Shown here piece after piece: positions 39,450-53,164 of a stretch of 64,000 bases of DNA; position 1 is the stretch's first letter, and each line of letters starts with the position of its first letter. Under the pieces are notes generated by a model. The model was not told where the DNA came from. It did not search any database and saw nothing but the letters and a program-made list of their open reading frames with translations. Origin of the DNA: Octopus vulgaris (taxonomy: Eukaryota); contig OX597821.1 in the NCBI GenBank assembly GCA_951406725.2, forward strand, positions 98,828,001 to 98,892,000, written 5' to 3'. The position numbers and the translations under genes are program-made.

Positions 39450-41080
39450 TGAAACCAGCAGAGGGACCAGATATCCTAGTTGACAGCAGTATGATAAGGC
39501 AATTAAAAATATGGAGACAAGGAAAGCCTCTTGTCCATCACGAATTACCACAGTGATATTTAAAATATCTAATGGATAGGGATAGAATGGTCATCTGAGT
39601 AATTAATCAGTTTATTCAAGAATGTGTCATCATTGATGACTGGCATAGCAGCATTATAGTCAGCTGTTACAAGTGTAAAGGGGATGCCTTAGACAAAGGT
39701 AATTGCAGTAGTATCATATTTCTGAACTAGGTAATGAAAGTTACTGAAATAGTTATAGCCAAATTAATTAGAAACAAAATTAGAAGAAATGCAGTTTGCT
39801 TTTGTCCTGGGCACAAGTAATACTGATTACTATTTTCTTAATCAGACAACTGCAAGAGAAAATTTTAGCTAAGAGTAAATCTTTATACTTGGCATTTGTA
39901 AACCTAGAGAAAACCTTTGACAAAGTCCCTTACTCAGTGATATGGTGGTCACTGAGGAAGCTGTGGGTAGACAAATGGCTTGTGAAAGCTGTACAGGCCA
40001 TGTACAGGGGTGCTGTCAGTGAGGTGAGAGTTAGCCATGCGTACAGTGATGAATTTAGTGTACAAGTAGGAGTTTACCAGGGCTCAGTTCTCAGTCCCAT
40101 CCTATTCATCATTGTCCTCCAGACCATAACTGAGGAATTCAAGACTAGCTACCCTTGGGAACTACTACATTCTGATGAACTTGTTCTCATAGTGGAATCT
40201 GTAACAGAATTATAAATTCCATGTGTGGAAGCAGTTAACTGAAGCAGTAGACTGAAGTTCTAGTAAGCAGGAAAATAGATAGGATGCTACCCTCTTCAGG
40301 GGCTACCCTCAATATATATATAGGAAAAGTTTAAGCAGAAATTCCATGTGGTGTACCCAGTGCAAACTATGGAGGCAAAAGAGGTGCAGTAGAATTACAG
40401 GAAGGTTAATGGAGAAAGTAGTTTTTGTATGTGGAAGAAAACAAGGTGCCATGAAGTCCAAGGTCAAATAAAAATTGATTTTCTCAAATGCCCTGGAGGC
40501 TCCCTAGAAGTAATAGATAATTTCTGTTTCCTAGATGACCTAACTAGCAGTGGAGGAGGATGTTATGAAAGTGTAGTCACAAGAATAAGACTAGGATGGA
40601 ATAAGTTCAGACAGTTATGTTGGCAACAAAAGTTCTCTCATTCCAAGTGAAAGGCAGATTGTATGATGCTTGTGTATGCACAGCAATGTTACATTGTAGT
40701 GAGACATGAGCCCTGAATGTAAATAACATACAAAGACCAGAGAGGAATGAAACCTGTGCACTCTGCTGGATGTGCAATGCTATTGTACATATATGACAAA
40801 GTGCAAATGTATTGAGATATAGGTGAGGTATAAGGGGAATTAGGTGTACTGTGCAAGAGAGAAGACTACATTGATTTGGTCACGTGATGTATATGGATGG
40901 GGGCAGTCGCATAAAGAAGTGTTGATTGCTTGAAATGGATGGAACTTATGGAAGAAGAAGACTCAAGAAGCCACAGTATGATGTATTGAAGGTTGATTAT
41001 GTAAGGCTGAACATTAACGAGGAGATGACAAAGGCCTGCAATGATTGACATTTTGCTGTGCTTAAGAAGACCCACCCATT
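39450..41080 (+). mobile_element. Degraded RTE (BovB-like) LINE RT region
   Basis: IRQLQEK, AFVNLEKTFDKVP, GVYQGSVLSP, GGCYESVVTRIRLGW. Confidence 0.88.
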
Positions 41081-41119
41081 ACAATGCAGATGATAGTGTA
41101 TGATATTAGTCTGCTTGTA

Positions 41120-41323
41120 TGAGGGGGTGTTGGAAAAATTTATGGCTTTGGATAAAAGAAAGTATAGGAGGATCAGTTAATTATGATTTTATTCAACATA
41201 TTCCCTTCTCAGATTCACACACTTATTGCAGCAATCCTTCAGTTTTTTTAAGCCCTGTAAAAGAACTTAGTAAGTTGGGCCTCCAACTAGGTCTTTCGGT
41301 AGAAACTTTTCAGCATCCCTTCG
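41120..41323. mobile_element. Mariner-like MITE
   Basis: TA flanks; TGAGGGGGTGTTGGAAAA vs TTTTCAGCATCCCTTCG. Confidence 0.6.
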
Positions 41324-43088
41324 TATGTATGGGGCCTTGTATAACCTTCTTCTTTCCCCTCTCTCTAACACATCAAGCATTACCCCACATTTTCATCCCT
41401 CCTCTATCTACTATAGTCACCTAGGAGCAGAACTGGCACATATTACATGGTCACTACACTCTGGAACTACTTCTATTTCTCATCTTCCCAAACCACATTA
41501 TTTCTATCAATCATCTCTTTTCTGTACCTTCAGCCATTGCTGTTTCTCCCCTTTACTATAATCCATTCTAAACAACTCTTATCTTCTATCATCCTCAAAA
41601 ACCTCTCATGTCTACCATCATGACCCATCTACTATATCCTCTTGTGTACTCCTATATATCCCACTCCACTGCTCCTACACCTTGCACATCATCCCACTGC
41701 TTTTGTTCTATTCTGTTCGTGGAGAGCCACTTCCATATCTCTCACTTTACCTCTCTACATACAGGTATTTCCCATCATCTGCACTCCCACCTTGTATCTT
41801 GAGGGTTGCCTTGTATCTTGAGGGTTTACTCTAGCATTCCATCATTACTTTCCTTTTATCCCCTTTAGGCATGTATCTTCTTTCTAGCCGGACACTTGTG
41901 CGTTTCCCTCTATCATACTTTAGCCTTTCAACACCTGGCATAAATCCACCCACCTCCACCTTCCCTCTCAAATACTTCCTCTTAATAGTGGGAACTTCCC
42001 TTTCCTTTTTCCCTGTTCTTTTCTGTTTTGTGCATTAGATGGCAAACTGACTAGTGTTGGAAGCATGAAAAAAGCACCTAGTACACTTTGTAAAGTTATT
42101 GGCACCAGGAAGGACATCAAGCCATGGAGCTCAATATGGCCCTGCAGCTTGTCAGTTTTCATCAAACTATCCATTCCTTGCCAGCATGGAAAGCAGATGT
42201 AAAATGATCATTTAAAAAATTTTTTTTAAAATTTTTATCTAGTTTCAGCTCACAAGCTGTGGCCATGCTGGGGCACCGCCATTTCTTATAATCACTCAGA
42301 AAGTATCGAGTCCCTCTTTAAGAAGTTATTAAACCTCTCAAGAACGATCTTCAATGGATCCTTCACATTCGTTGAAGGCAGAGTAACGAATGATACAGGA
42401 GATCCTGCTTCACGCTCAGGACTCAATACGATCTCGCATCATCGTGATGTTGTTGACCGATCAAAGGAATCGGATACCGTTGCGACACATACTTAAGAAA
42501 TGATCCTTAAAAGCATGGTCTTTTAAAATTAAATCATAATGATTTAATTATTTTAAAAAACTCTGTGTAGTAGTGTCATAAAATCAGTTGACTTAATAGG
42601 GTTAAATTTGTAATATTGTCATTGAGAAGATTGACCAAAAAAATAATGGCTTATTCCTTTATTAATGAAACTAAATATACTGAAAGTATTTATAACTGTA
42701 TTAAAATGGCACCATTGCTGGCCTATAAATAGCAATAGTGAGTGCTATAGTGCAAGAAGCTAATTTGTTTCACTAATGTCCTCAGAAAGCATCAGCATCA
42801 ATATCCCAGTTTCCTCCTGCATACTTATGTTGCCTTATACTAACACATAACCAAACTAATAAAATCCTAACAGTCAACTGCTATTCATTGCTTTTATCTA
42901 TTTATTTGTTTGCTAATTACTTTTGGAAAGAGAAAATGTGACAATGCAAAATTACTTCCTATTTCAGCTATATCTGTCCTTTACTTATAATATGTAAAAA
43001 AAAAGTGTAATTCAGACTTGTGCCTCAAGGAATTATTTTAGTATTAAGGAAAAAAATCCTTAATTACCAACGAATCATTTGTTTATAG

Positions 43089-43307
43089 CAGTGGTTTTCA
43101 ACCAGGGTTCCGAGGAACCTTAGGGTACCGCCAGTACAGTCCAAGGGTTCCGCAAGAAGTTACAAAACTGCTAAAATCGGCAGTAATTTTTAAGCCTCCT
43201 GTGCAGATATGTGTGCATAAGACTATTAAATTATTGCACAGGGGTTCCTCGAGCCAGTGGAATGTTTCCTCGGAGTTCCGCTCCAGCAAAAAGTTTGAAA
43301 AGCACTG
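43089..43307. mobile_element. hAT (Charlie/Buster-like) MITE
   Basis: TIR CAGTGGTTTTCAA / TTGAAAAGCACTG; perfect 8-bp TSD GTTTATAG. Confidence 0.92.
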
Positions 43308-43411
43308 GTTTATAGTATTGAAATGGTTATTATTTTATTATTAAATCTCAGAGCGAGATGTAAACAGCAACCGCTCGACAATGTAAAGTATAAAAGCCAT
43401 CTCAATATGGC

Positions 43412-43485
43412 TAACCACAAAGTGGGGGTGTTACTGTAGTTTTTTAAAAAAAAAAAACTACAGTAACACCCCCACTTTGTGGTTA
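43412..43485. repeat. Perfect 34-bp inverted repeat with A6 spacer
   Basis: TAACCACAAAGTGGGGGTGTTACTGTAGTTTTTT and its exact reverse complement. Confidence 0.92.
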
Positions 43486-44657
43486 TTATTTTGTTCAAAG
43501 GGTTTAGAATTGCTACCCTGCATTATATATCTTTGAAAAGAAATAGTCTGTTCAATCTGTTTATAACAAATATCATGGTGAACTAATTCTCTGACTTGAT
43601 TAAAACAATTCTGGCAATAACAAAATGGTTTATGCAAGATAATACATATTCTAATTACATTCAGGTCTTATCATGATTACATTTTGCATGTTAAAGCTAT
43701 CATACATGACTTGATTCCTCTGTAATAAAGTTTGTTTTTTTTTTAATAATCATATTTTGTGAAAATTTGAATAGTTGTAGGAAGATGTGAAATTTCTTTA
43801 GACTTTGAAATAAGGTGAGGTTTTTTTTTTTTGTTTTTTGGGGTTTTTTTCAATGAGGAAACTAGCTATTTATCTGCATTTAGAAATCTTGTCAACTATA
43901 GAAAAATAATGAAAGAGCATATTAAAACTATTATCTATGAAGAACAAATTTTCTCAGAACATTGTGATTAATGTATTTTTAGAACTATGACAGATGATTT
44001 CTATGCAGCAATAACATGTTTCATTATAGTTTCTCAGGTATTTAGTTCTGAAAATCCATTTTCTAAGATTCTATGTCTCAGCATCAATGAATGCAAACTC
44101 CTTTTTCTTCAAGTACATTTATCCTTCCTCTTTAGGCAAATGGCAACAAAACTTTTGATAAAGTATTTCACTACAAAATTCATTGCTTTAATGTATGATT
44201 ACCCAGTTCCATTATAGTGTGGTCTTATCTGAGCAATTCTAGCCATATTTTCTACAGTTCATGAACTTTTCCCATTTTTTCCAAAGGAAAGTGGCTAGCA
44301 GGCTTGTATTATTTTGTTACAACTTCATATTTTAAATTCAGAACCACTCAGTAGTCTTTGTTCTTCATTTTAACAAGTAACAGTAATGTTTTGGGTTGAC
44401 ACAATTACATGTTTCTCTTAAAAATATGTAACCTTGTATTTAATGCAAGAAAATTGTTGTTTGATACAAAATTTTACATTCAAAACTTTAGAAGAGTGAA
44501 AGAAATTAATTCCATTCAACTCGTTATATTTTAATATATGATTTTAGGTCATTGGAAATAATTAATATAATAAAATATGTTTATTTTATTTTTTAAATGT
44601 CTATAATACATTAATTTTCTATTTTGCAGCCCATCAGCTTTTATATATATATATATA

Positions 44658-45085
44658 TCATCATCATCATCGTTTAACATTCGCTTTCCATGCTAGCATG
44701 GGTTGGATGGTTCAACTGGGGTCTGGGAAGTCCGAAGGCTGCACCAGGCCAGTCAGATCTGGCAGTGTTTCTACAGCTGGGTGCCCTTCCTAATGCCAAC
44801 CACTCCGTGAGTGTAGTGGGTGCTTTTTATGTGCCACCGACACAGGTGCCAGACGAGGCTGGCGAACGGCCATGCTTGGATGGTGCTTTTTATGTGTCAC
44901 CAGCACGGAGGCCAGGCGAGGCTGGCAACGGCCATGATTGGATGGTGTTTGTTACGTGCCACTGCCACAGAGGCCAGTTGATGCGGTGCTGGCTACGGTC
45001 ACGATCAGATGGTTCTCTTATGTGCCACTGGCACTGGTACCACGACTACAAATTCCATTGATGTTGATCGATTTCGATTTCGATT
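44658..45085 (-). mobile_element. RTE 3' UTR repeat with tandem units
   Basis: Collinear with the other copies. Confidence 0.88.
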
Positions 45086-45089
45086 TTAT

Positions 45090-45122
<33 letters not shown>

Positions 45123-45123
<1 letters not shown>

Positions 45124-45645
45124 ATCTTCAGCACATCTCGGGACACGTGTGATTCGAACTAGAAACTTTCACAGATTATTTACAAATTGAATAGTGTTCA
45201 CTTCCGGATTCTCTCACTCTGTGAAAGTTTCTAGTTTGAATCACACGTGTCTCGAGATGTGCCGAAGATTTTCTATTTTGGATATATTCGGGGTACTTAG
45301 GTCTGCTCAGGACTTAGTACTTGCTTTTTCCATGGGTATGAGTAAGTATTTCACTTATATCTCACGTATTTATTGCTGAAGAGGGGAAAATTCTTATGAA
45401 TTAACCCTGAAATTGGGACCAATACGGTAATAACAGATTTTTTAGAAATTTCTATCGGTTTGTTTCAAGACGCATAAATTATAATGGTTATTGACAATTT
45501 TGTCTTTTTTTCGGCATATTTGGTATTAGAATTTTTATTTTGCCCTAATTTTGTAAATTATTTATAAATTTAACCTTTAAAGGTATTTTTGATATGCTGG
45601 CCATTGATAAAATTTTTTTCCCGAAAACATTTTTATCCTACATTA
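45123..45645 (+). mobile_element. Penelope pLTR-like element with an inverted 53-bp 5' piece
   Basis: 45123-45175 pairs with 45218-45270 (3 mismatches); (TA)n flanks; homologous to 25375-25820. Confidence 0.7.
45370..45430 (+). ncRNA. Type I hammerhead ribozyme motif
   Basis: Stem I TTATTG/CGGTAA; CTGAAGA; stem II GGGG/CCCT; GAAA; stem III ATTGG-GA-CCAAT; AUA triplet. Confidence 0.72.
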
Positions 45646-45672
45646 GTTATATATATATATCATCATCATCAT

Positions 45673-45715
<43 letters not shown>

Positions 45716-46018
45716 GACTTGCAAGACAATTGCAAAATTTGGATAAGCATATTTTGTATCATACGTATCATAACAATCATATTATTACAATAGTCAAAGG
45801 AATATTTTGGAAATGGTATGGGTGAAACACTACTTAGATTTTACAGTGCACTTGGTGTTGTAATCAATTATACATTACTTAACAAGCATTGCTAATTATT
45901 GAAATTGGCTTGATTATTCTTCAGTACTACATAATCAAACTGCCATTCATATAGCACAGATATGTCCCTCTCCAAGGAATATGTCCCTCTCATGAACATT
46001 GTTCTTTTCATAAACATA

Positions 46019-46189
46019 GGCGCAGGAGTGGCTGTGTGGTAAGTAGCTTGCTAACCAACCACATGGTTCCGGGTTCAATCCCACTGCGTGGCATCTTGAG
46101 AAAGTGTCTTCTGCTATAGCCCCGGGCCGACCAATGCCTAGTGAGTGAATTTGGTAGACGGAAACTGAAAGAAGCCTGTCGTAAATATG

Positions 46190-46220
<31 letters not shown>

Positions 46221-46445
46221 TTGTGTGTCTGTGTTTGTCCCCCTAGCATTGCTTGACAACCGATGCTGGTGTGTTTACGTCCCCGTCACTTAGCGGTTCG
46301 GCAAAAGAGACCGATAGAATAAGTACTGAGCTTACAAAGAATAAGTCCCGGGGTTGATTTGCTTGACTAAAGGCGGTGCTCCAGCATGGCCGCAGTCAAA
46401 TGACTGAAACAAGTAAAAGAGAAAGTAAAAGAGTAAAAGAGAAAG
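46019..46445 (+). mobile_element. Full-length SINE family A
   Basis: GGCGCAGGAGTGGCTGTGTGG head, GAGTAAAA tail. Confidence 0.92.
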
Positions 46446-46648
46446 ATCAACAGTTTAATAAGAATCAAGCAATCTAATTTTCTCCCTTCTCAAATGATTC
46501 AACACTGACAGCAAGAAGTAGATATAAACAAACAGCTAGCTGGACTGAGACAAAATGAGCTTTGTTACTGAAAACTATAGTGATGATGATGCTGGTAGTG
46601 GTGGTGTATTGATAGTGAAAAATATACCTCTTTGTTCACGCTTTACAC

Positions 46649-46867
46649 CAGTGGTTTTCAACCAGGGTTCCGCGGAACCTTAGGGTTCCGCCAGTACAGT
46701 TCAGGGGTTCCGCAAGAAGTTACAAAACTGCTAAAATCGGCAGTAATTTTTAATTCTCCTGTGCAGATATGTGTGCATAAGACTATTAAATTATTGCACA
46801 GGGGTTCCTTGAGCCAGTGGAATGTTTCCTTCGGGTTCCGCTCCAGCAAAAAGTTTGAAAAGCACTG
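46649..46867. mobile_element. hAT MITE, same family as 43089
   Basis: Same TIRs; perfect 8-bp TSD CTTTACAC. Confidence 0.92.
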
Positions 46868-47427
46868 CTTTACACTTTAGTTTGTTAGAAAGGAGGAGGA
46901 GGTGGAGTGAGAGAAGAAGAGGGAATATGAGAGTGAGTGAGAGAGCAGATAACCAGCCGATGCATTATGCTGTCACTCATGTAGTTAGTGGAAGTGAGAG
47001 GTGAAGAGAAAGAGAGAAATATTAAAGACATGAAGAGGGGAATTACATGGCTAAAAAGTTTGTTGAAGAGGTGGAGAGAAAGAAATATAAAATGTATAAT
47101 GGGTAAATTTTAAAATCATATATTATATTATTGTGACTGGAAATGAAATATAACTTAGCTAAATAAACTAAAAATGTAAATCATCTTTTCTTTCTTAAAT
47201 AGCTTCTCTCAATCTTTTTTGTTTTGGGGAATCCACGTAGCATTGACTTATGTTCATTCTCAGGCTAACAGGCCAAAGGGACACAACTCTTAACTCCCTT
47301 CTCTCAATGCTCTTTTATTGTTTCTTTTTGAGTTTACACTTTTCCTCTCATTCTTTCTCGTCTGTCCTCACTCTTCCTCCGAGAGCAGCAATGTTGTATT
47401 TTGAGCCTGGATGGTTGCTCAGTAATA

Positions 47428-47568
47428 TTAGGTTGTCCCAAAAGTTCGTAAACACTTGCGAAAATTGAATTTTTACTCGCCAAGTACTTACAAAAACAAC
47501 AAAAATTATTCCTCAAAATAAAGACCATTATTTTCCAAGACTTTCTACGAACTTTTGGGACAACCTTA
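47428..47568. mobile_element. Mariner-like MITE
   Basis: TA TSD; TIR TTAGGTTGTCCCAAAAGTTCGTA / TACGAACTTTTGGGACAACCTTA. Confidence 0.85.
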
Positions 47569-47656
47569 TACATAGCTCAATATATACAAGCTCGTCTGTC
47601 CATCATCATCATCATTTAATGTCCATTTTCCATGGATAGTTTGACAGTATTTGGTG

Positions 47657-47882
47657 TGAGCTGGCAGAAACGTTAGCACGCTTGGCACAATGCGTAGCCG
47701 TATTTCGTCTGCCATTACGTTCTGAGTTCAAATTCCGCCGAGGTCGATTTTGCCTTTCATCCTTTCGGGGTCGATAAATTAAGTACCAGTTACGCACTGA
47801 GGTCGATGTAATCGACTTAATCCGTTTGTCTGACCTTGTTTGTCCCCTCTGTGTTTAGCCCCTTGTGGGTAATAAAGAAATA
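47657..47882 (+). mobile_element. SINE family B inserted in an RTE-tail remnant
   Basis: TSD AGTATTTGGTG on both sides. Confidence 0.85.
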
Positions 47883-48175
47883 AGTATTTGGTGAGCTATG
47901 GAGCCATGTGAAGCTCCTAAGTCAGTTTTGGTATAGTTTCTATGGGTGGATGCCTTTCCCAATGCCAACTAACTACTGCACTGAATTATCAGAGGCATGA
48001 AACTTATAGTTGCACATATTTAAATTCTGTGTATATTAAATATCACAAATGATTTGTTAACTATTATTTTTCTATATCAATAGCAGTGAAATTTGTAGTT
48101 GACAGTGGATGCTAAGACTCAAGTCATTAGTTGGTACAATCTTACCACTGCTGCAGTTGGACGCTTTTCATTTGC

Positions 48176-48548
48176 TAGTGGTTAGGGCAGCGGACTCGCG
48201 GTCGTAGGATCGCGGTTTCGATTCCCAGACCGGGCGTTGTGAGTGTTTATTGAGCGAAAACATCTAAAGCTCCACGAAGCTCCGGCAGGGGATGGTGGTG
48301 ATCCCTGCTGTACTCTTTCACCACAACTTTCTCTCACTCTTACTTCCTGTTTCTGTTGTACCTGTATTTCAAAGGGCCGGCCTTGTCACTCTCTGTGTCA
48401 CGCTGAATATCCCCGAGAACTGCATTAAGGGTACACGTGTCTGTGGAGTGCTCAGCCACTTACACGTTAATTTCACGAGCAGTCTGTTCCGTTGATTCGG
48501 ATCAACCGGAACCCTCGTCGTCGGAACCGACGGAGTGCTTCCACTCCA
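48176..48548 (+). mobile_element. SINE family D
   Basis: Collinear with the 22086 copy. Confidence 0.88.
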
Positions 48549-48809
48549 CTTCTGAGCTTTCTATAGCATATTAATATTTAGTAAAATATACAGAATGCTT
48601 TTCAGAACCAATACTGCTTCTATTGCATATAATACGCACGCACGCACGCATATATGAATGTACGTATACTGATCTCAGGACCTTCAACCTCAGGGAGATG
48701 ACACCAAGGACTTGGTAATATGTGGTTCATGAGAAAACTTACCCTCCTCAGTGAAACTGAGTTCTAGTAGAGCTGTGTGTGTGTGTGTGTGCGTGTGTGT
48801 GTAATGAAT

Positions 48810-49245
48810 AAATATATAATAAAAGAAAGAAAATGCATACAATTTGCATAATGGCGGTGCCCCAGCATGGCCACAGCTCTTGAGCTGAAACTAGATAAAA
48901 AAAATTTTTTTAAATTATATATTTTTAATATATTTTAAAGGATAGAATATTATGATAGTCTACCAGTTTCGCGTTTGTGCAATCACCTCCCCTGTCTCGA
49001 ATGATAACAATCACCAGTCACCTCCCCTTAGATTTTTTTCTACATGCTGATTTATTTACAAACTCCCATACAAACAACACGGACTAAAAACTTCTTAAGA
49101 AAATATGAAATTGCAATATTTTCACCAATTTCAATGTCAGGATTAGCGAAATGTGAAAGTGGTAGACTATCATAATATTCTATTCTTTAAAATATATTAA
49201 AGATATATAAAGTGTGTGCATTTACCTTCTTTTATTATATATTTT
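48810..49245. mobile_element. AT-rich MITE with long TIRs, interrupted by a LINE-tail fragment
   Basis: ATAGAATATTATGATAGTCTACCA vs TGGTAGACTATCATAATATTCTAT. Confidence 0.72.
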
Positions 49246-49298
49246 TTCTTTACAACTCATCACGTGGGGAAATTCTCTTCAACGAAATTCTTGAATGG

Positions 49299-49672
49299 GT
49301 GTGGTAAGTAGCTTGCTAACCAGCCACATGGTTCCAGGTTCAGTCCCACTGCGTGGCATCTTGGGCAAGTGTCTTCTGCTATAGCCCCGGGCCGACCAAT
49401 GCCTTGTGAGTGGATTTGGTAGACGGAAACTGAAAGAAGCCTGTCGTATATATGTATATATATGTGTGTGTGTGTAACCCTAACCCCTAGCATTGCTTGA
49501 CAACCAATGCTGGTGTGTTTACGTCCCCGTCACTTAGCGGTTCGGCAAAAGAGACTGATAGAATAAGTACTGGGCTTACAAAGAATAAGTCCCGGGGTCG
49601 ATTTGCTTGACTAAAGGCGGTGCTCCAGCATGGCCGCAGTCAAATGACTGAAACAAGTAAAAGAGTAAAAGA
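49299..49672 (+). mobile_element. SINE family A
   Basis: Collinear with the 46019 copy. Confidence 0.9.
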
Positions 49673-51209
49673 TTATATATATAGCTCCATTTTCACAGAT
49701 GATTGCTGTCTCTCTGTGCTTCCTTGCAAATGACATATTTGATTTTCTGTCTATGACCTCTCAGATGACTATTCAGTCCTGCTGTAGATCTGCATGGTTG
49801 AAGCATAGGTGACAGACAAAAGTTGTTACCTTCACTGGTTCGATGCAACTTATCTAGCATCTTCCTCTTTGGGTGAGCTGTGCTTTCCCTGAAAAGGGCT
49901 GTTTAATCACAAGAATCACCACACAGGAGTTGGTCCCTGTCATGGAAAGACAGGATAAGACTCTTGCCACCTATGTGCAGATTTGTAACTGAGTGCTTCC
50001 AACTAGTAGGTCTGCATACAGTGCCACTCTTCCATTGCTGTAGGACTTTCAATAATAAATGGAATGACAAATGAGGTCCTCATAAAGAGATATCATTATG
50101 TCATTAATTATAGTGATAAAAGCTTGTACAACACGAGCCCCACTCTCTGAGTATCTGTGATTTGTACCCATGTGAAATTATAGTGTTCTTCTCCTAGGAG
50201 GATGATGTGACATCAGTAAGGGGTCTTTCACTCTTGGTAGCTTATTCTAATTAATCTAAAGTTTGGGACCTTGACAAATGCTACTATGGGTCAGAGTAGA
50301 TCTAGGAACAGTAATGGCTAAGAGGTGGTTCTACACTCCTCAAAATCATAGAACTTGTAAATGCAGTTTAAAGATATACCCAAGACACACACACATATAT
50401 ATGCACAACTGGGCCCTTTGCCCAATTTTCATCCTCAAGACAACCACCACCATTCATCATTTCCCTAACTGCAGTTCTTCCTTGACACCTACCCCAAATC
50501 ATTTCACTTGTTACCCATTAATCTACTTTTCTCACTACACACTCTTTCATTGATCACCACCCCTACTATATCACCAAACTACCTCCCCCCCCCCCCCACC
50601 AGGTTTCACTCTCCTCATACAGTACACATGTCTCTCTTTCTTCCCCATCCATTCCTGCAACCTACTCAACAGCATGTCAACTCTCTCTTTTTTGTGTTGT
50701 CAAAAAATTTGGACCTGAACTAGGGGCTTTTTGACACACTGATTCCAAAAATGACATCCATTTATTACCATTGTATCAAAATTTCAAGATATTGGATCCA
50801 TAGAATTTCAAAGTTTTATCAATAAAACAGCTTGAGGAACTAGGCATAAATTACAAACAGATATAGAAATTGACTTTTCTTTAAGACCAGAATGTTTTCT
50901 TAAAATTCTACTTGAAAACTAGTAAAAATCTTAAAATTTCTACAGACAAATTACATTATTGTTTAAGCCTAATTTCCCATGAATGTGTGTTTGGATGATT
51001 TTCTTGATTGATATGCATTTGTTAAATAATTGTAAACTGTAACCCTCCCCCTTTGGGAGAAGGAGCTTTGGTTATTGTTTAAAAATTGAATTGTGTCCCT
51101 GTTTGGGAAAATTGACAATATTTTCAACGTTTATACGGAAGCATTTTTGTTAGAATGCCTTTGATAGAAGAAAGTCCAAAAATGAATTTCGCTGCAGCCG
51201 TGAACTCAT

Positions 51210-51660
51210 TAAAATTAAAATGGAAGAAATACAAACCTATTTCAGATTGATCACCGACAAAGACAGTGAATCTAGGATAACACCACCAAACGAAATGAAA
51301 AATTAAATCAAAGAAAAGACTATTGTCTATAAAGTATACAATGTAGAGAAAAAAATATTTGAACACCTGGAGGAAAGCACCATCGAAAAGTGTCTTGGTG
51401 CGACTATGAAAGATATCTAACCAGAGGCTGTAAATTCGCCACAATAGAAGCAAGGTTTGAGTCAACGGAGCGTGCAAGGGAGTACTCGACTTGAACCTTG
51501 CAAAGTGGAAATATTTTATTTTTACCTTTATATCTGGGACGTAGGACGTCCCAGATAAAAATTAAAAATGTCCCCCCAGAAGTAGAGGTAGGCTGGATTG
51601 TAGCTACACTTCTATACAAGAGGGAGGACAAGATACAATTGATCGAAATTGCAAGAGACG
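51210..51660 (+). mobile_element. Possible Tx1/L1-like ORF1 fossil
   Basis: Broken frame KTIVYKVYN...LPLYLGRRTSQIKIKNVPPEV resembles RRM-type LINE ORF1; assignment tentative. Confidence 0.4.
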
Positions 51661-52098
51661 GGCCTACAATTCCAGTCTGTTATATATTTTGAGTATTGTT
51701 ATCACTAGCGATATCAAAATATAACTTTGTATTTTTTATTTTATGTGTAGATGTATATATATAGACATACATGTAATATGTACACATATATATACACATA
51801 TATACATGCACTAGCACAACGACGGGTCATAATGCTAGTGTTTAATAAATGTTGCTTACTGCAAGTTATGGATGATTCTTTTATGACTTCATTGCTTTCA
51901 GGCTTACTTAAGGTATTTTCGCATCTGACATCACAAAATGCATCTGAATAAACATTGCTGGACAGTAAATAGAGACGTGGACATTGCTTAGAAAATAATT
52001 TTCATTTTTAACCTCGTATATAGTATGCACTAGGGATTTTGACCTTTAAATTTGGGAAAAAAAAATGCGGATTATACTCGAGGATTTACGGTAAGTTT

Positions 52099-52136
<38 letters not shown>

Positions 52137-52152
52137 CCTATATATATATATA

Positions 52153-52525
52153 GGCACAGGCATGGCTGTGTGGTAAGAAGCTTGCTCCTGGGTTCAGTTT
52201 CACCATGTGGCACTTCGGGAAAATGTCTTCTACTATAGACCTGGGCCAACCAATGCTCTTCAAGTGAATTTGGGAAATGGAAACTGTGGAAGCTTGTCAG
52301 ATATACATATAAAACTGTGTACTTGTGATTTGTGTTTGTCTTCATAACTGCTCAACAGCTGGTGTTGGTTTGTTTATGTCCCTGTGAGCGAGTGGTTCAT
52401 CAAGAGACTGATAGAATAAGTACCAGACTTAAAAAAAAGTTGATTTGTTAGACCAAGCCTTTCAAGGCAGTATCCCAATATGGCCACGATCCATTGAGTG
52501 AAACCAGTAAAAGATAAAAGATGAA
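52153..52525 (+). mobile_element. Diverged SINE family A
   Basis: GGCACAGGCATGGCTGTGTGGTAAG head; AAAAGAT tail. Confidence 0.78.
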
Positions 52526-52606
52526 AGATAAGTTTCAGATAGGAAAAGTAAATGGAGGAATGACTGTTATTGGAAAATAAATAAATTTAGTAATAATAAA
52601 AGATGA

Positions 52607-52873
52607 CTGGTCCCCGTGCCAGTGGCACGTAAAAAGCACCATCCAATCTTGGCCGTTTACCAGCCTCATCTGGCACCTGTGCAGGTGGCACGTAAAAAGC
52701 ACCCACTACACTCACGGAGTGGTTGGCGTTAGGAAGGGCATCTAGCCATAGAAACACTGCCAGATCAGACTGGGCCTGGCACAGTCTTCTGGCTTCCCAG
52801 ACCCCAGTTGAACTGTCCAACCCATGCTAACATGGAAAATGGACATTAAACGATGATGATGATGATGATGATG
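52607..52873 (+). mobile_element. RTE 3' UTR repeat
   Basis: GGCACGTAAAAAGCAC units and (GAT)n tail. Confidence 0.88.
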
Positions 52874-53164
52874 TATTGGGGATATAAGTCAGAAAATGGA
52901 AGGGTTAGAGGTCCAATATAATAGATCCTGGATTCAAATTTTTTAAGATAATGTTTACATCAAGGACTACTTTACTTCATACTTTTAGATGATCATGCAA
53001 CACATACATACATACATACAATAATAACAACATCAATATCTTTTTTTAACAATTTCATCATTGAATTTTATACAGAAATAATTGAAATAGTATATTATAA
53101 ATTGTAAATTTGTTGCCAGCATGGAGGTAGGATGCTTCATAAATTGCCCATATCTTGTTTTTAG

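Noticed and set aside
51810-51840. CTAGCA...TGCTAGT, like a Helitron end
   Set aside because: Only about 30 bp, with no matching 5' end found.
52010-52093. TATACTCGAGGATTTACGGTA, like a pogo/Tc1 terminal repeat
   Set aside because: Partner TIR not found in the window.
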